Shown piece by piece: positions 48,349 through 58,201 of a DNA stretch of 64,000 nucleotides. The DNA is from Candidatus Nanopelagicales bacterium (lineage in GTDB: Bacteria; Actinomycetota; Actinomycetes; S36-B12). The notes beneath the pieces are model-generated. The model searched no databases and was not told where the DNA came from. It saw only the letters and a list, made by a program, of their open reading frames with translations. How positions within the stretch are numbered: the stretch's first letter is position 1; each line of letters starts with the position of its first letter. The DNA is taken from the NCBI GenBank assembly GCA_040398845.1, contig JBBATH010000010.1:2456-66455 (forward strand), read 5' to 3'. The translations under genes and the position numbers were made by a program.

Positions 48349-50208
48349 GTGGAACTTAGAAAAGACCTTCGTAATGTCGCCATCATCGCTCACGTCGACC
48401 ACGGCAAGACCACCTTGGTCGATGCCATGCTCTGGCAGTCGGGTGCCTTCCGCGAGAACCAGGATGTCAATGACCGCGTCATGGACTCCATGGACCTCGA
48501 GCGAGAGAAGGGCATCACGATTCTTGCCAAGAACACCTCGGTCCACTACACCGGTGATGGAGCCCCCGAAGGGGGCGTGACCTTCAACATCATCGACACC
48601 CCGGGGCACGCTGACTTCGGCGGCGAGGTTGAGCGTGGTCTCGAGATGGTCGACGGTGTGGTCCTCCTCGTCGACGCGTCAGAGGGCCCGCTGCCTCAGA
48701 CCCGCTTTGTGCTTCGCAAGGCCCTTCAGAAGAATCTGCCGGTCGTCCTGGTCATCAACAAGGTCGATCGCCCCGACTCCCGCATTGAGGCCGTCGTCGA
48801 CGAGACCTACGAACTCTTCCTTGACCTTGACGCCACGGAGAAGCAGATCGACTTCCCGATCGTCTATACGAGCGCGAAGGCCGGCCGTGCCTCGCTCACG
48901 CGAACCGCCGATGGCGGAATGCCGGAGGAGGAGAACCTCGAGCCCCTCTTCAAGACCCTCCTCGAGACGGTGCCGGCACCCCAGTACGACCCGGAGAAGC
49001 CCCTTCAGGCGCATGTGACGAACCTCGATGCATCGCCCTACCTCGGACGCCTCGCGCTCTGCCGCGTCCACCAGGGCTACATCAAGAAGGGCCAGCAGGT
49101 CGCCTGGATGAAGATTGACGGCACCGTCGAGCGCGCGAAGGTCGTCGAACTGCTCATCACAAAGAACCTCACCCGCGTCCCTGCCGAAAGTGCCGGCCCG
49201 GGAGACATCATCGCCGTGGCCGGCATCCCCGGAATCACCATTGGCGAGACCCTCGCCGATATCGAGAACCCGGTCGCCCTGCCCGTCATCACCGTCGACG
49301 AACCGTCAATCTCGATGACGATCGGCATCAACACCGCACCGCTTGCAGGCAAGAGTGGCAAGAAGCTCACCGCGAGCATGGTCAAGCAGCGCCTCGAGCA
49401 GGAGCTCGTCGGCAACGTCTCGATCCGCATGAACAACACCGAGCGACCCGACACCTGGGAGATTCAGGGCCGCGGCGAGTTGCAGCTTGCGATCCTCGTC
49501 GAGATGATGCGCCGCGAGGACTTCGAGCTCACCGTCGGCAAGCCCCAGGTCGTTACGAAGCTTGTCGACGGAAAGAAGCATGAGCCCATGGAGCGGCTCT
49601 CGGTCGATATCCCCGAGGACTACCTCGGGGTTGTCACTCAGCTCATGGCGCTGCGCAAAGGACGCATGGAGCAAATGGTCAACCACGGCACCGGCTGGGT
49701 CAGGATGGACTACATCGTGCCGGCACGCGGCCTCATTGGCTTCCGCACTGAGTTCCTCACCGAGACGCGCGGCACCGGACTGCTCCACCACGTGTTCGAT
49801 CGCTATGAGCCGTGGCACGGAGAGCTCCGGACTCGTCCAACGGGTTCGCTCGTGGCTGACCGAACCGGACCCACAACCGGTTTTGCACTTGCGAACCTGC
49901 AGGAGCGCGGCACCATGTTTGTTGGCCCGGGCACCGAGGTCTACGAGGGAATGATCGTCGGTGAGAACTCCCGTCAGGATGACATGGACGTCAACCCGAC
50001 GAAGGAAAAGAAGCTCACGAACATGCGCCAGTCTTCGGGCGACATCCTCGTGCCGCTCATCCCGCACAAGCAGCTCTCCCTCGAGCAGGCCCTCGAATTC
50101 TGCCGTGAGGACGAGTGCGTCGAGATCACCCCGTCGACCGTGCGTATTCGCAAGGTCATCCTCGCCGGCGCTGAACGAGCGAGGGCGGGGCGCAGGCCCA
50201 AGGACTAG
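48349..50208 (+). CDS. typA: Translational GTPase TypA/BipA
   Basis: [39 protein letters not shown]-like domains run throughout. Confidence 0.95.
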   Translation: MELRKDLRNVAIIAHVDHGKTTLVDAMLWQSGAFRENQDVNDRVMDSMDLEREKGITILAKNTSVHYTGDGAPEGGVTFNIIDTPGHADFGGEVERGLEMVDGVVLLVDASEGPLPQTRFVLRKALQKNLPVVLVINKVDRPDSRIEAVVDETYELFLDLDATEKQIDFPIVYTSAKAGRASLTRTADGGMPEEENLEPLFKTLLETVPAPQYDPEKPLQAHVTNLDASPYLGRLALCRVHQGYIKKGQQVAWMKIDGTVERAKVVELLITKNLTRVPAESAGPGDIIAVAGIPGITIGETLADIENPVALPVITVDEPSISMTIGINTAPLAGKSGKKLTASMVKQRLEQELVGNVSIRMNNTERPDTWEIQGRGELQLAILVEMMRREDFELTVGKPQVVTKLVDGKKHEPMERLSVDIPEDYLGVVTQLMALRKGRMEQMVNHGTGWVRMDYIVPARGLIGFRTEFLTETRGTGLLHHVFDRYEPWHGELRTRPTGSLVADRTGPTTGFALANLQERGTMFVGPGTEVYEGMIVGENSRQDDMDVNPTKEKKLTNMRQSSGDILVPLIPHKQLSLEQALEFCREDECVEITPSTVRIRKVILAGAERARAGRRPKD

Positions 50209-50343
50209 GCAGGTGGCTTCCCAAGAGCGGGTAACGGACAGGCAACGATTTCTCGTTGGCCATGAGCAAATGTCTACCGTCGGGTAACCTGTCGCAGATT
50301 GAGGCTCCTTGGCGGGCATCGTGTTGATCCTTCGAGGAGGAAT

Positions 50344-51321
50344 ATGTCCCTGACCATCGCAGCGGCGCCCACGGGCGCGGCTGACACGGTGGTCGGGCGC
50401 AGTCTTCGGCAGATCGTCTGGGCGCGCGTCCGTCGCGACCGGGTCGCGATGGTGTGCCTCGTCATCCTCATCGGCCTGTACTTGATAGCCATCATGGCGC
50501 CGGTGATCTGCGCGGTTATCGGCGTTGACCCCTACTCCTTCGACAGTGCCTCGATCAGCGACCTCGGAGGCGGACCGGTCGGCCCATGGGGCGGAATCAG
50601 CCTCGATCACCCGCTCGGGGTTGAGTGGGGGACCGGTCGCGACATCTTCGCCCAGCTCCTCTTCGGCCTGCGTATCTCGCTCCTCATCGCGACGAGCGCG
50701 ACGATCATTACCGTCGTCATCGGCACCGTTGTTGGCATCGTTTCAGGCTACTCAGGAGGGAAGACCGATGCCGTCTTCGGACGCATCATGGATCTCACGC
50801 TCGCCTTCCCCTTCCTCCTTATCATCCTCGCGCTCTCCGGGGTCATGACCCAGCGCTTGACGTCACTTGGCGTTCCGGAGGGCAACCCGTCGCGGATCCT
50901 CTACATGATCCTCGTGCTCAGCGTCTTCGGCTGGCCGTACCTCGCGCGCATTGTCAGGGGCCAGGTCTTCAGCCTGCGGGAACGAGAGTTCGTCGAGGCT
51001 GCCGTCGCGATGGGGGCGAGCAAGTCACGGATCCTCTTTGTCGAGATCCTTCCGAATCTGTGGGCGCCGATTCTCGTTTACGCCACGCTCACCCTCCCCA
51101 CGTACATCGGCACGGAGGCGGCGCTGTCGTTCCTCGGGATCGGAGTGCTTCCGCCTGACACGTCGTTCGGTGCGATGCTCGCGAGCTCCGTCAGCTACTT
51201 CAGCGTCGTGCCGTCGTACCTCTTTATTCCGGGTGTGTTGCTCGTTACGCTCGTTGTCACCTTTAACCTCGTCGGCGACGCCGTCCGTGATGCCCTCGAT
51301 CCGCGGGCTGGTCGTCGATGA
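50344..51321 (+). CDS. Peptide/nickel ABC transporter permease (OppC/DppC type)
   Basis: ATG at 50344 follows a GGAGG RBS. EAA-loop region REREFVEAAVAMGAS...ILPN. Confidence 0.9.
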   Translation: MSLTIAAAPTGAADTVVGRSLRQIVWARVRRDRVAMVCLVILIGLYLIAIMAPVICAVIGVDPYSFDSASISDLGGGPVGPWGGISLDHPLGVEWGTGRDIFAQLLFGLRISLLIATSATIITVVIGTVVGIVSGYSGGKTDAVFGRIMDLTLAFPFLLIILALSGVMTQRLTSLGVPEGNPSRILYMILVLSVFGWPYLARIVRGQVFSLREREFVEAAVAMGASKSRILFVEILPNLWAPILVYATLTLPTYIGTEAALSFLGIGVLPPDTSFGAMLASSVSYFSVVPSYLFIPGVLLVTLVVTFNLVGDAVRDALDPRAGRR

Positions 51322-51421
51322 AGATCGAGTGGGAATGTGAGAATTCCAGCAGCTGGGGCACCTCGCCTCGGTCGTGCCGGTTGACATCGGGAGCCTCCCG
51401 GTGCCGTTGATAGGAGGAACA

Positions 51422-53173
51422 ATGGGGATTGCCAAAACTGGCTCCCGTATCGCCGTGCTCGGTGCAGTTGCTGCACTCGCGCTCGCGGCCTGCGGCGGGT
51501 CTTCGAGCAGTAGCAGTAGCAGCAGTGGTGGAGGCGGCGAGCCACAGGCGGGCGGCACCCTTTATTACCTCACCAATGCGGAGCAGTTTGACCAGATCGA
51601 CCCGCAGCGCATCTACACCGGTGAGGATCTCGCCTTCTTCAATGGCACGATCTACCGCACTTTGACCTCGTACAAGTTCTCGCCGGACGCAGCAGAGGGC
51701 ACCTCGATCGTGCCTGACCTCGCGACTGATACCGGGACCGCGACAAATGACGGCAAGACGTGGACCTTCACCATCGTCGATGGCGCAACCTTCCAGGACG
51801 GCTCAGCGATAACCTGTGCCGATGTCGCATACGGGGTCTCTCGCACGTTCGCGACCGACGTCATCACGGGCGGTCCGACCTACGCGATCTCCATGCTCGA
51901 TATCCCGAGCGATGAGGACGGCTCCTCGTCCTACAAGGGCCCGTACGTTGGTACCGGCCAGGAGCTCTTCGACAAGGCTGTGACCTGCTCGGCGGACAAC
52001 AAGACGATCACGTTCAACCTGAACCGTCCCGTCCCCGACTTCAACTACACGACGACCCTCACCGCGTTCTCACCCGTGCCCAAGGCTTCGGATACCGGCG
52101 AGAAGTATGGCGATGCTCCTGTCTCCTCCGGCCCGTACATGATTGAGTCGAATCAGAACGGCAAGGGCGGCAAGATGATCATGGTCCGCAACCCGAAGTG
52201 GGATCCGGCGAGTGACACCTACCGCAAGGCCTACCCGGACAGCTGGCAGGTGGATTACGGCCTCGACGTCAAGGTCATCGACCAGCGCATGATCGCGAGT
52301 TCCGGCAATGACCAGACGGCACTTGCAAACGGTGTCGAGCCTGAGCAGTTGGCTGTCATCTACAAGAGTCCGTCGGAGCCGCAAGCGGAGTACGCAGGCC
52401 GTGCGATCAGCGAGCTGGACCCGTATGTTCGCTACTTCGCGATCAACACCAAGAAGGTCCCGAACCTGAAGATCCGTCAGGCAATCGCGGCAGCCCTCGA
52501 CCGCGAGGCGCTCCGCAAGAACGCGGGCGGCGACTTCTCGGGTGACTACGCCGATGGTGTCATCAAGCCCAACATGGGCGTCGACTACGCGCCGACCGGT
52601 ATGTGGGACACCCTCCTCGGGCAGAAGATCCCGGACACGGGTGACCCGGAGTACGCGAAGAAGCTCATCGCCGAGTCCGGCGAGCCAGCACCGTCGCTCA
52701 CCTTCGACTACCCGCAATCGCCGACCGCCGACAAGGCTGCGGCAATCGTGGTGGCGTCGCTCGGCAAGGCTGGCATCACGGTCACGCCGAACCCGATCGA
52801 GCCGGGGCAGTACTACGGCGTCGTCTTCGATCCTGAGAAGGCACACGAGATCATCAACGCGGGTTGGGGCCCTGACTGGCCCAACGCCTCGACGATCATC
52901 CCGGAGCTGTTCACGCCCAATGGTGGATTTAACCTCTCGCAGTACGACAACGCCGAGTACAACGCGGCGTCGGATGCAGCAAAGATTGAGCCGGATCGTG
53001 CGAAGCAGGCCAAGATGTGGCAGGACCTCAACACGAAGGCCATGGCCGAGGTGGCTGCGGTCCCGACCCGTTTCGGTCGCGAGCAGCGCATCACCGGTAC
53101 GAAGATCGGCCCGGTCTACCTGTGGCCGGCATACGGATCATGGCCCTACGGGGACATGTACGCCGTCAAGTAG
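51422..53173 (+). CDS. ABC transporter substrate-binding lipoprotein, family 5 (peptide/nickel)
   Basis: Lipobox LALAAC at the N-terminus, a Ser/Gly linker, and the family-5 SBP pattern (FNLNRPVPDF, DPASDTYRKAYPD). Confidence 0.9.
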   Translation: MGIAKTGSRIAVLGAVAALALAACGGSSSSSSSSSGGGGEPQAGGTLYYLTNAEQFDQIDPQRIYTGEDLAFFNGTIYRTLTSYKFSPDAAEGTSIVPDLATDTGTATNDGKTWTFTIVDGATFQDGSAITCADVAYGVSRTFATDVITGGPTYAISMLDIPSDEDGSSSYKGPYVGTGQELFDKAVTCSADNKTITFNLNRPVPDFNYTTTLTAFSPVPKASDTGEKYGDAPVSSGPYMIESNQNGKGGKMIMVRNPKWDPASDTYRKAYPDSWQVDYGLDVKVIDQRMIASSGNDQTALANGVEPEQLAVIYKSPSEPQAEYAGRAISELDPYVRYFAINTKKVPNLKIRQAIAAALDREALRKNAGGDFSGDYADGVIKPNMGVDYAPTGMWDTLLGQKIPDTGDPEYAKKLIAESGEPAPSLTFDYPQSPTADKAAAIVVASLGKAGITVTPNPIEPGQYYGVVFDPEKAHEIINAGWGPDWPNASTIIPELFTPNGGFNLSQYDNAEYNAASDAAKIEPDRAKQAKMWQDLNTKAMAEVAAVPTRFGREQRITGTKIGPVYLWPAYGSWPYGDMYAVK

Positions 53174-53184
53174 AGCACTATTCG

Positions 53185-53218
53185 CTGTGGGGCAGATGGT
53201 TCGCCATCTGCCCCACAG
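53185..53218 (+). terminator. Perfect 15-bp stem-loop directly after the SBP gene (possible attenuator or mRNA-stabilising hairpin)
   Basis: CTGTGGGGCAGATGG-ttcg-CCATCTGCCCCACAG, with no U-tract after it. Confidence 0.45.
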
Positions 53219-53280
53219 CACGCTCGCACCTCGAGGGGTGACCGACTCATCGACAGCCCGCTGACGAGCGCGAAAGGGGA

Positions 53281-54285
53281 GTGATCGAACCGGTGAGCGC
53301 CTATGTCATCCGTCGCGTGCTCAGCATGATCCTGCTCCTCGTTCTCCTATCGCTCGTCGTCTTCATCCTGTTTAGCCTTCTCCCGGCTGACCCAGCCCGG
53401 CTCACCTGTGGCAAGTCATGCACCCCCGAGATCATCGAGGCGAACCGGCATCGACTCGGGCTCGACATGCCAGTCCTTGCTCAGTACTGGGAGTTCGTGA
53501 AGGGGATCTTCGTCGGTCGCACCTACGCCGCGAACTCACCGGACCCGATCCAATGCAGTGCGCCATGCCTCGGATACTCCTTCAAGCGCGGCGAAGAAGT
53601 GTTCGTCCTCATCAAGGACCGACTGCCGGCAACGATCTGGCTCGCCTTCGGAGCATTTGTCCTGTGGCTCGCTGCGGGCATCTCGCTCGGCATCTACTCC
53701 GCCCTGCGACGGGGTCGCTGGCAGGACCGCAGTGTCATGGGCTTCGCGCTCGTCGGCTATTCGCTTCCGTCGTTTTTCATTGGCCTGGTCGCCATCTTCT
53801 TCATCATCATCCGATGGCAGTTACTGCCGTTCCCCTCCTACATCTCGCCCCTCGAGAACCCTGTGCAGTTCCTCCAGACGATGCTCCTCCCGTGGATCAT
53901 CCTCGCGACCCTGTACGCGGCGTTCTACATGCGCCTCACGCGCAACCAGATGCTCGAGGTCCTCGGCGATGACTACATTCGAACGGCACGAGCGAAGGGT
54001 CTGCCTGAGCGCGTCGTCATTCGCAAGCACGCGCTGCGTGCCGGGCTGACTCCCATCGTCACAGCGGCAGGGCTCGATCTCGCTGGCTTGCTCGGCGGCG
54101 CCATCATCACCGAGAGCATCTTCAGCCTTCCCGGTATCGGTAGCCTCGCCGTGAACTCGGTCAATGATGCAGACCTTCCGCTTATTGTCGGCATCACCCT
54201 CGTTGCAGCGACATTCATTATCTTCGCCAACCTCATCGTCGATCTGCTCTACGCCGTGATCGACCCCAGAGTGAGGCTGTCATGA
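53281..54285 (+). CDS. Peptide/nickel ABC transporter permease (OppB/DppB type)
   Basis: 334 aa: YVIRRVLSMILLLVLLSLVVF..., DYIRTARAKGL. Confidence 0.9.
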   Translation: MIEPVSAYVIRRVLSMILLLVLLSLVVFILFSLLPADPARLTCGKSCTPEIIEANRHRLGLDMPVLAQYWEFVKGIFVGRTYAANSPDPIQCSAPCLGYSFKRGEEVFVLIKDRLPATIWLAFGAFVLWLAAGISLGIYSALRRGRWQDRSVMGFALVGYSLPSFFIGLVAIFFIIIRWQLLPFPSYISPLENPVQFLQTMLLPWIILATLYAAFYMRLTRNQMLEVLGDDYIRTARAKGLPERVVIRKHALRAGLTPIVTAAGLDLAGLLGGAIITESIFSLPGIGSLAVNSVNDADLPLIVGITLVAATFIIFANLIVDLLYAVIDPRVRLS

Positions 54286-55328
54286 CGAATGCATCCGCGC
54301 CCTTTCTGTCAGTGCAGGACCTCACGGTCACCTTCCCGACCGAGGATGGCAGCGTGCAGGCGGTCGACGGTGTCTCGTTCTCGGTCGAACGGGGCAAGAC
54401 CCTCGCGATCGTCGGCGAATCTGGGTCCGGCAAGAGCGTGACAGCCCAGGCGATCATGGGCCTCCTTGATCGGCGACTGAGCTCGGTCAGCGGCCACGCC
54501 TGGCTCGATGGTCGCGACCTTGTCGCGATGGGTGACGACGAGGTGCGCCATGAGCGTGGCAGTCGAATGGCAATGATCTTCCAGGACCCGATGTCGAGCT
54601 TGCACCCGTTCTACCGGATCGGGGCGCAACTGTCTGAGGCCGTCCTCGTCCACCAGAAGGTGAGCAAGCAGGCGGCCCGCGAGCAGGCCCTTGAGATGCT
54701 CAACAGGGTCGGGATCCCTGATCCGAAGACCCGGATCGATAGTTACCCGCACCAACTCTCCGGTGGCATGCGTCAACGCGTAATGATTGCCATGGCCCTC
54801 ATCAATTCGCCCGCGCTCCTTATCGCTGATGAGCCCACGACCGCGCTCGATGTCACCGTCCAAGCACAGATCCTCGAGTTGATCGGGAACCTGCAGCAGG
54901 AGTACGACACCGCCGTCATCATGATCACGCACGATCTCGGAATCGTTGCCGACATCGCGGATCAGGTGGCGGTCATGTACGGGGGGCGGATCGTCGAAGC
55001 TGCCGCGGTCGACGACATCTTCTATCGCCCACAGATGCCCTACACATTGGGCCTGCTGGCGTCCGTGCCACGGCTTGATCAGGTGCGCGTCGAGCGACTC
55101 GACCCGATCCCCGGCAATCCCCCCTCACCCATCTCACTTCCGCCCGGCTGCGTCTTCCAGCCACGTTGCGCCTACAGCGATCGCGTCGCCGATCATGCGT
55201 GCGAGGGGATTCGGCCAGAACTCATCGACATCGGAGGGGGGCACGCCGTGCGGTGCCATCTTGACGGTGACGTGCGTCAGGCGATCGCCACCGACGTCCT
55301 TGACGCCCTCGCGGGGAGCGGAACATGA
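54282..55328 (+). CDS. ABC transporter ATP-binding protein (OppD/DppD type)
   Basis: GESGSGKS, LSGGMRQR, LIADEPTTALD and a C-terminal oligopeptide-ATPase extension (GCVFQPRC). Confidence 0.9.
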   Translation: MTNASAPFLSVQDLTVTFPTEDGSVQAVDGVSFSVERGKTLAIVGESGSGKSVTAQAIMGLLDRRLSSVSGHAWLDGRDLVAMGDDEVRHERGSRMAMIFQDPMSSLHPFYRIGAQLSEAVLVHQKVSKQAAREQALEMLNRVGIPDPKTRIDSYPHQLSGGMRQRVMIAMALINSPALLIADEPTTALDVTVQAQILELIGNLQQEYDTAVIMITHDLGIVADIADQVAVMYGGRIVEAAAVDDIFYRPQMPYTLGLLASVPRLDQVRVERLDPIPGNPPSPISLPPGCVFQPRCAYSDRVADHACEGIRPELIDIGGGHAVRCHLDGDVRQAIATDVLDALAGSGT

Positions 55329-56494
55329 CTGACACCCCAGAAATGGACGATTCAGTGCTGCGGGTCACCGACCTTCGCACCCATTTTCCCGTGCGCTCGC
55401 GCGGGGTCTTTCCTAAGACGATTGGCCAGGTGAAGGCGGTCGACGGCGTGAGCCTGTCGGTGGCCCCCGGTGAGACCCTCGGCCTCGTTGGCGAGAGCGG
55501 CTGCGGCAAGTCGACGACTGGGCGGACAGTGCTCCGGCTCATCGCCCCGACGAGTGGCACGATTGAACTCGACGGAACCGACATCACGACCATGTCAGCA
55601 AAGCAACTCGTTCCCCTGCGCCGCAAAGCCCAGATGATCTTCCAAGATCCGTACAATGCGCTCAATCCCCGTCATACCGTCGGCACCATTATCGGGGCAC
55701 CATTCGAGGTGCAGTCGGTATCTCCGCCAGGCGGGGTTCGGTTGGCCGTGCAGGAGCTCATGGAGCGGGTGGGGTTGAACCCCGAGCATTACAACCGTTA
55801 CGCGAGCGAGTTCTCAGGGGGCCAGCGGCAGCGCATCGGAATTGCCCGCGCGGTTGCCCTCCGGCCGAAGATCATCGTCTGCGATGAGCCTGTTTCGGCG
55901 CTCGATGTCTCGATCCAGGCCCAGATCATGAACCTCCTCAAGGATCTCCAAGATGACTTCGGGGTGGCCTATCTCTTCGTGGCGCACGACCTGTCAGTCG
56001 TGCGGCAGATCTCTCACCGAGTGGCAGTCATGTACCTTGGGCACATCGTCGAGCTTGCGCCTCGCGACAGCCTCTACTCGCAGCCGCTGCACCCCTACAC
56101 CCATGCGCTGCTCTCCGCGGTTCCGCTGCCTGACCCGCGCGCGCAGGCCAACCGTGAGCAGATCAGGCTCAGCGGTGATCTGCCGAGCCCGATCAATCCG
56201 CCGAGCGGCTGCGTGTTCCATACCCGGTGCTTTCGTGCCGAGGATCGGTGCCGGGTCGAGGTTCCCGAGCTGCGCGAACTCCTTCCTGGCCATACGGTCA
56301 CGTGCCACTTCCCGATGTTTGATCAACAGGTGGGCACCGTTATCCGTGGACCCCAAAGTGCGGCCACGGAACGAGTTGCTCCAAAGGCTCGTCCCCCGAG
56401 CGAGGTCATCGCAGATGTCGTCGAGTCAGGTGGGTTGGCGCGCGCGACGGGGGTCGACTACGTGACAGGACCTGATGCGACGGCGCCGAAATAG
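55325..56494 (+). CDS. ABC transporter ATP-binding protein (OppF/DppF type)
   Basis: GESGCGKST, FSGGQRQR, IVCDEPVSALD, GCVFHTRC. Confidence 0.9.
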   Translation: MTDTPEMDDSVLRVTDLRTHFPVRSRGVFPKTIGQVKAVDGVSLSVAPGETLGLVGESGCGKSTTGRTVLRLIAPTSGTIELDGTDITTMSAKQLVPLRRKAQMIFQDPYNALNPRHTVGTIIGAPFEVQSVSPPGGVRLAVQELMERVGLNPEHYNRYASEFSGGQRQRIGIARAVALRPKIIVCDEPVSALDVSIQAQIMNLLKDLQDDFGVAYLFVAHDLSVVRQISHRVAVMYLGHIVELAPRDSLYSQPLHPYTHALLSAVPLPDPRAQANREQIRLSGDLPSPINPPSGCVFHTRCFRAEDRCRVEVPELRELLPGHTVTCHFPMFDQQVGTVIRGPQSAATERVAPKARPPSEVIADVVESGGLARATGVDYVTGPDATAPK

Positions 56495-56515
56495 CGATCC
56501 GGCACACTGAGGCTC

Positions 56516-58201
56516 ATGCACCTACGGTTAGCCGTTCTGTTCGCCGCTGTCCTTATGATCGTGACTGGGTGCTCAGCGGGCGGTGCGCCGCGGCTCTCCG
56601 GCACGATTGTTCCGGGATTCAATCGAGCGGTCGACCATGTGGTGAGTCCCGGTGGTCCTGATGGTGGTGTGCTGCGACTCGTCTCCACACGAGGCTGCGG
56701 CGATTGGCTGCCCGAGCAGGCCATCAGCCCATGGTGCGTGAACCTGCAGCGTTTCGTCACCCGGCAACTCATGACGTACGGGCCCGATGCCGGACGCTTA
56801 GGCGCTGTCGTCGTCCCCGATCTTGCCTCGAGCCGGGGTAGACCCAACGAGGATCGCACGACGTGGAGCTATGAGCTTCAGCGAGGACTCCGCTGGGAGG
56901 ATGGGGAACCGATCACCATGGCGGAGGTCGCCAGGGGAATTCGTGCGCTCGATCTCGGGCGGCGCGATGTGACGGTCGTCGAGGTCTCTATCGAGTCCGC
57001 TAGTTCCCTGTCGGTGACCCTATGGGAGCCCTTGACCGACTTCGATGCACTCCTCGCCCTTCCTGTTTCTGCGCCGAGGCGGGAGGCTCAGCGCCTCATC
57101 GCCTCGGGGCCGTACCGCATTGCTTCGACCGGGCTGACAACAGTGTTCGAGCGCAATCCGCAGTGGGAGGCCGCGACCGACGGCGCGCGGCGACCGAAGG
57201 TCGATCGGGTGGAGTTCACGGTCGTGTCGAGTGATGCTGCGCTTGCTGAAGAGCTCAGTTCAGGCCGGGCCGACCTAGCTGTGCAGGGCCGGATGGAGTC
57301 CTCGTTGGCCCAGATGGTGCTGGCTGACCCATCGTTCGCGGCCATGTCGGACAACCCGGGTACCGGTCGCACAGCGATGCTGGCCGTCCCCGCCAATGCA
57401 AGTGCCCCGCTCCGTGAGGTCGACTGCCGGCGGGCTGTCTACTCGGCGGTGGATCGTCTCGGAATTGTCAATGCGCTTGCCGGTGGAGTCACTCCGGTTG
57501 AGCTCGCGGCGAAGCCCGCGACCTCGCTTTCGCCCGCGACGATCCCTTCATTCGACTCGTCGTATCAGCCGTTCTCCATTGGCGATGGCACTGGTGACAT
57601 TGGCGCCGCTCGATCCTCGCTCGTGCGATGCGGCTACGCCTCCGGGTTCCCCGCTCGCTTCGCATTCGCTCGAACCTCGACCAATGACGTGATCGCTGCA
57701 TCGATCAGTCGGGCGCTGTCGAGAGTTGGGATCAGGGTGGAGATGGTGCCGTTGGCCCCCGTCGACTACGCCGTTCTCACCGCTTCACCCGCCGCGATGA
57801 AGGCCGCGCGCATCGACCTGGCCCTCCTTGTGCAATCACCGAGGGTGTCCGGAACCTGGGGATTTTGGAATCCGCTCGTGAGTGGGGCACTGGTTGGGCC
57901 GGGGCCGAGCACGAATGTGGCACAGGTACGCATCCCGAGCGTCGACATCCTGCTGAGGTCGCCAGAGATCACGTCGACGAGCCCGGGTATCCAAGAGAAC
58001 GTCGGGCGAATGATCGACCGACTCGTCCTTGATACCGGCTCGTACATTCCGCTCGCAACCGTGCAGACCCTTCTTCAGCGCCCGGCGGACCTCACGAACG
58101 TGACGACGAATGGTGCGCTCGGCAACGAATACGACCTCGTCCAGATCGGCAAACGCACCGCCCCCCCCCCCGTCATTTCGTCCAGAATCCGGCTGAAATG
58201 A
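56516..58201 (+). CDS. Family-5 SBP-like lipoprotein, possible LpqW-type
   Basis: Lipobox VTGCS. SBP_bac_5-like but divergent. It sits between typA/opp and mshB. Its last approximately 13 codons and stop lie inside the repeat element at 58161-58518. Confidence 0.65.
   Translation: MHLRLAVLFAAVLMIVTGCSAGGAPRLSGTIVPGFNRAVDHVVSPGGPDGGVLRLVSTRGCGDWLPEQAISPWCVNLQRFVTRQLMTYGPDAGRLGAVVVPDLASSRGRPNEDRTTWSYELQRGLRWEDGEPITMAEVARGIRALDLGRRDVTVVEVSIESASSLSVTLWEPLTDFDALLALPVSAPRREAQRLIASGPYRIASTGLTTVFERNPQWEAATDGARRPKVDRVEFTVVSSDAALAEELSSGRADLAVQGRMESSLAQMVLADPSFAAMSDNPGTGRTAMLAVPANASAPLREVDCRRAVYSAVDRLGIVNALAGGVTPVELAAKPATSLSPATIPSFDSSYQPFSIGDGTGDIGAARSSLVRCGYASGFPARFAFARTSTNDVIAASISRALSRVGIRVEMVPLAPVDYAVLTASPAAMKAARIDLALLVQSPRVSGTWGFWNPLVSGALVGPGPSTNVAQVRIPSVDILLRSPEITSTSPGIQENVGRMIDRLVLDTGSYIPLATVQTLLQRPADLTNVTTNGALGNEYDLVQIGKRTAPPPVISSRIRLK

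Noticed and set aside
49306-50610. Long antisense ORFs such as 49306..50610(-), 61428..62573(-), 62698..63633(-), 31013..32050(+), 33378..34307(+), 45843..46667(+), 28699..29274(-) and 43032..43730(+).
   Set aside because: They lie opposite genes with unmistakable family motifs and have Arg/Pro/Ser/Gly-rich composition. They are typical of stop-poor alternative frames in high-GC DNA.
51485-51535. AGC/AGT/GGN repeats in the SBP gene and ACTCCGACGCCGAC repeats at 63720-63800 in the VanW gene, considered as possible tandem-repeat features.
   Set aside because: They simply encode the Ser/Gly lipoprotein linker and the Pro/Thr-rich tail. This is low-complexity coding sequence, not an independent repeat element.
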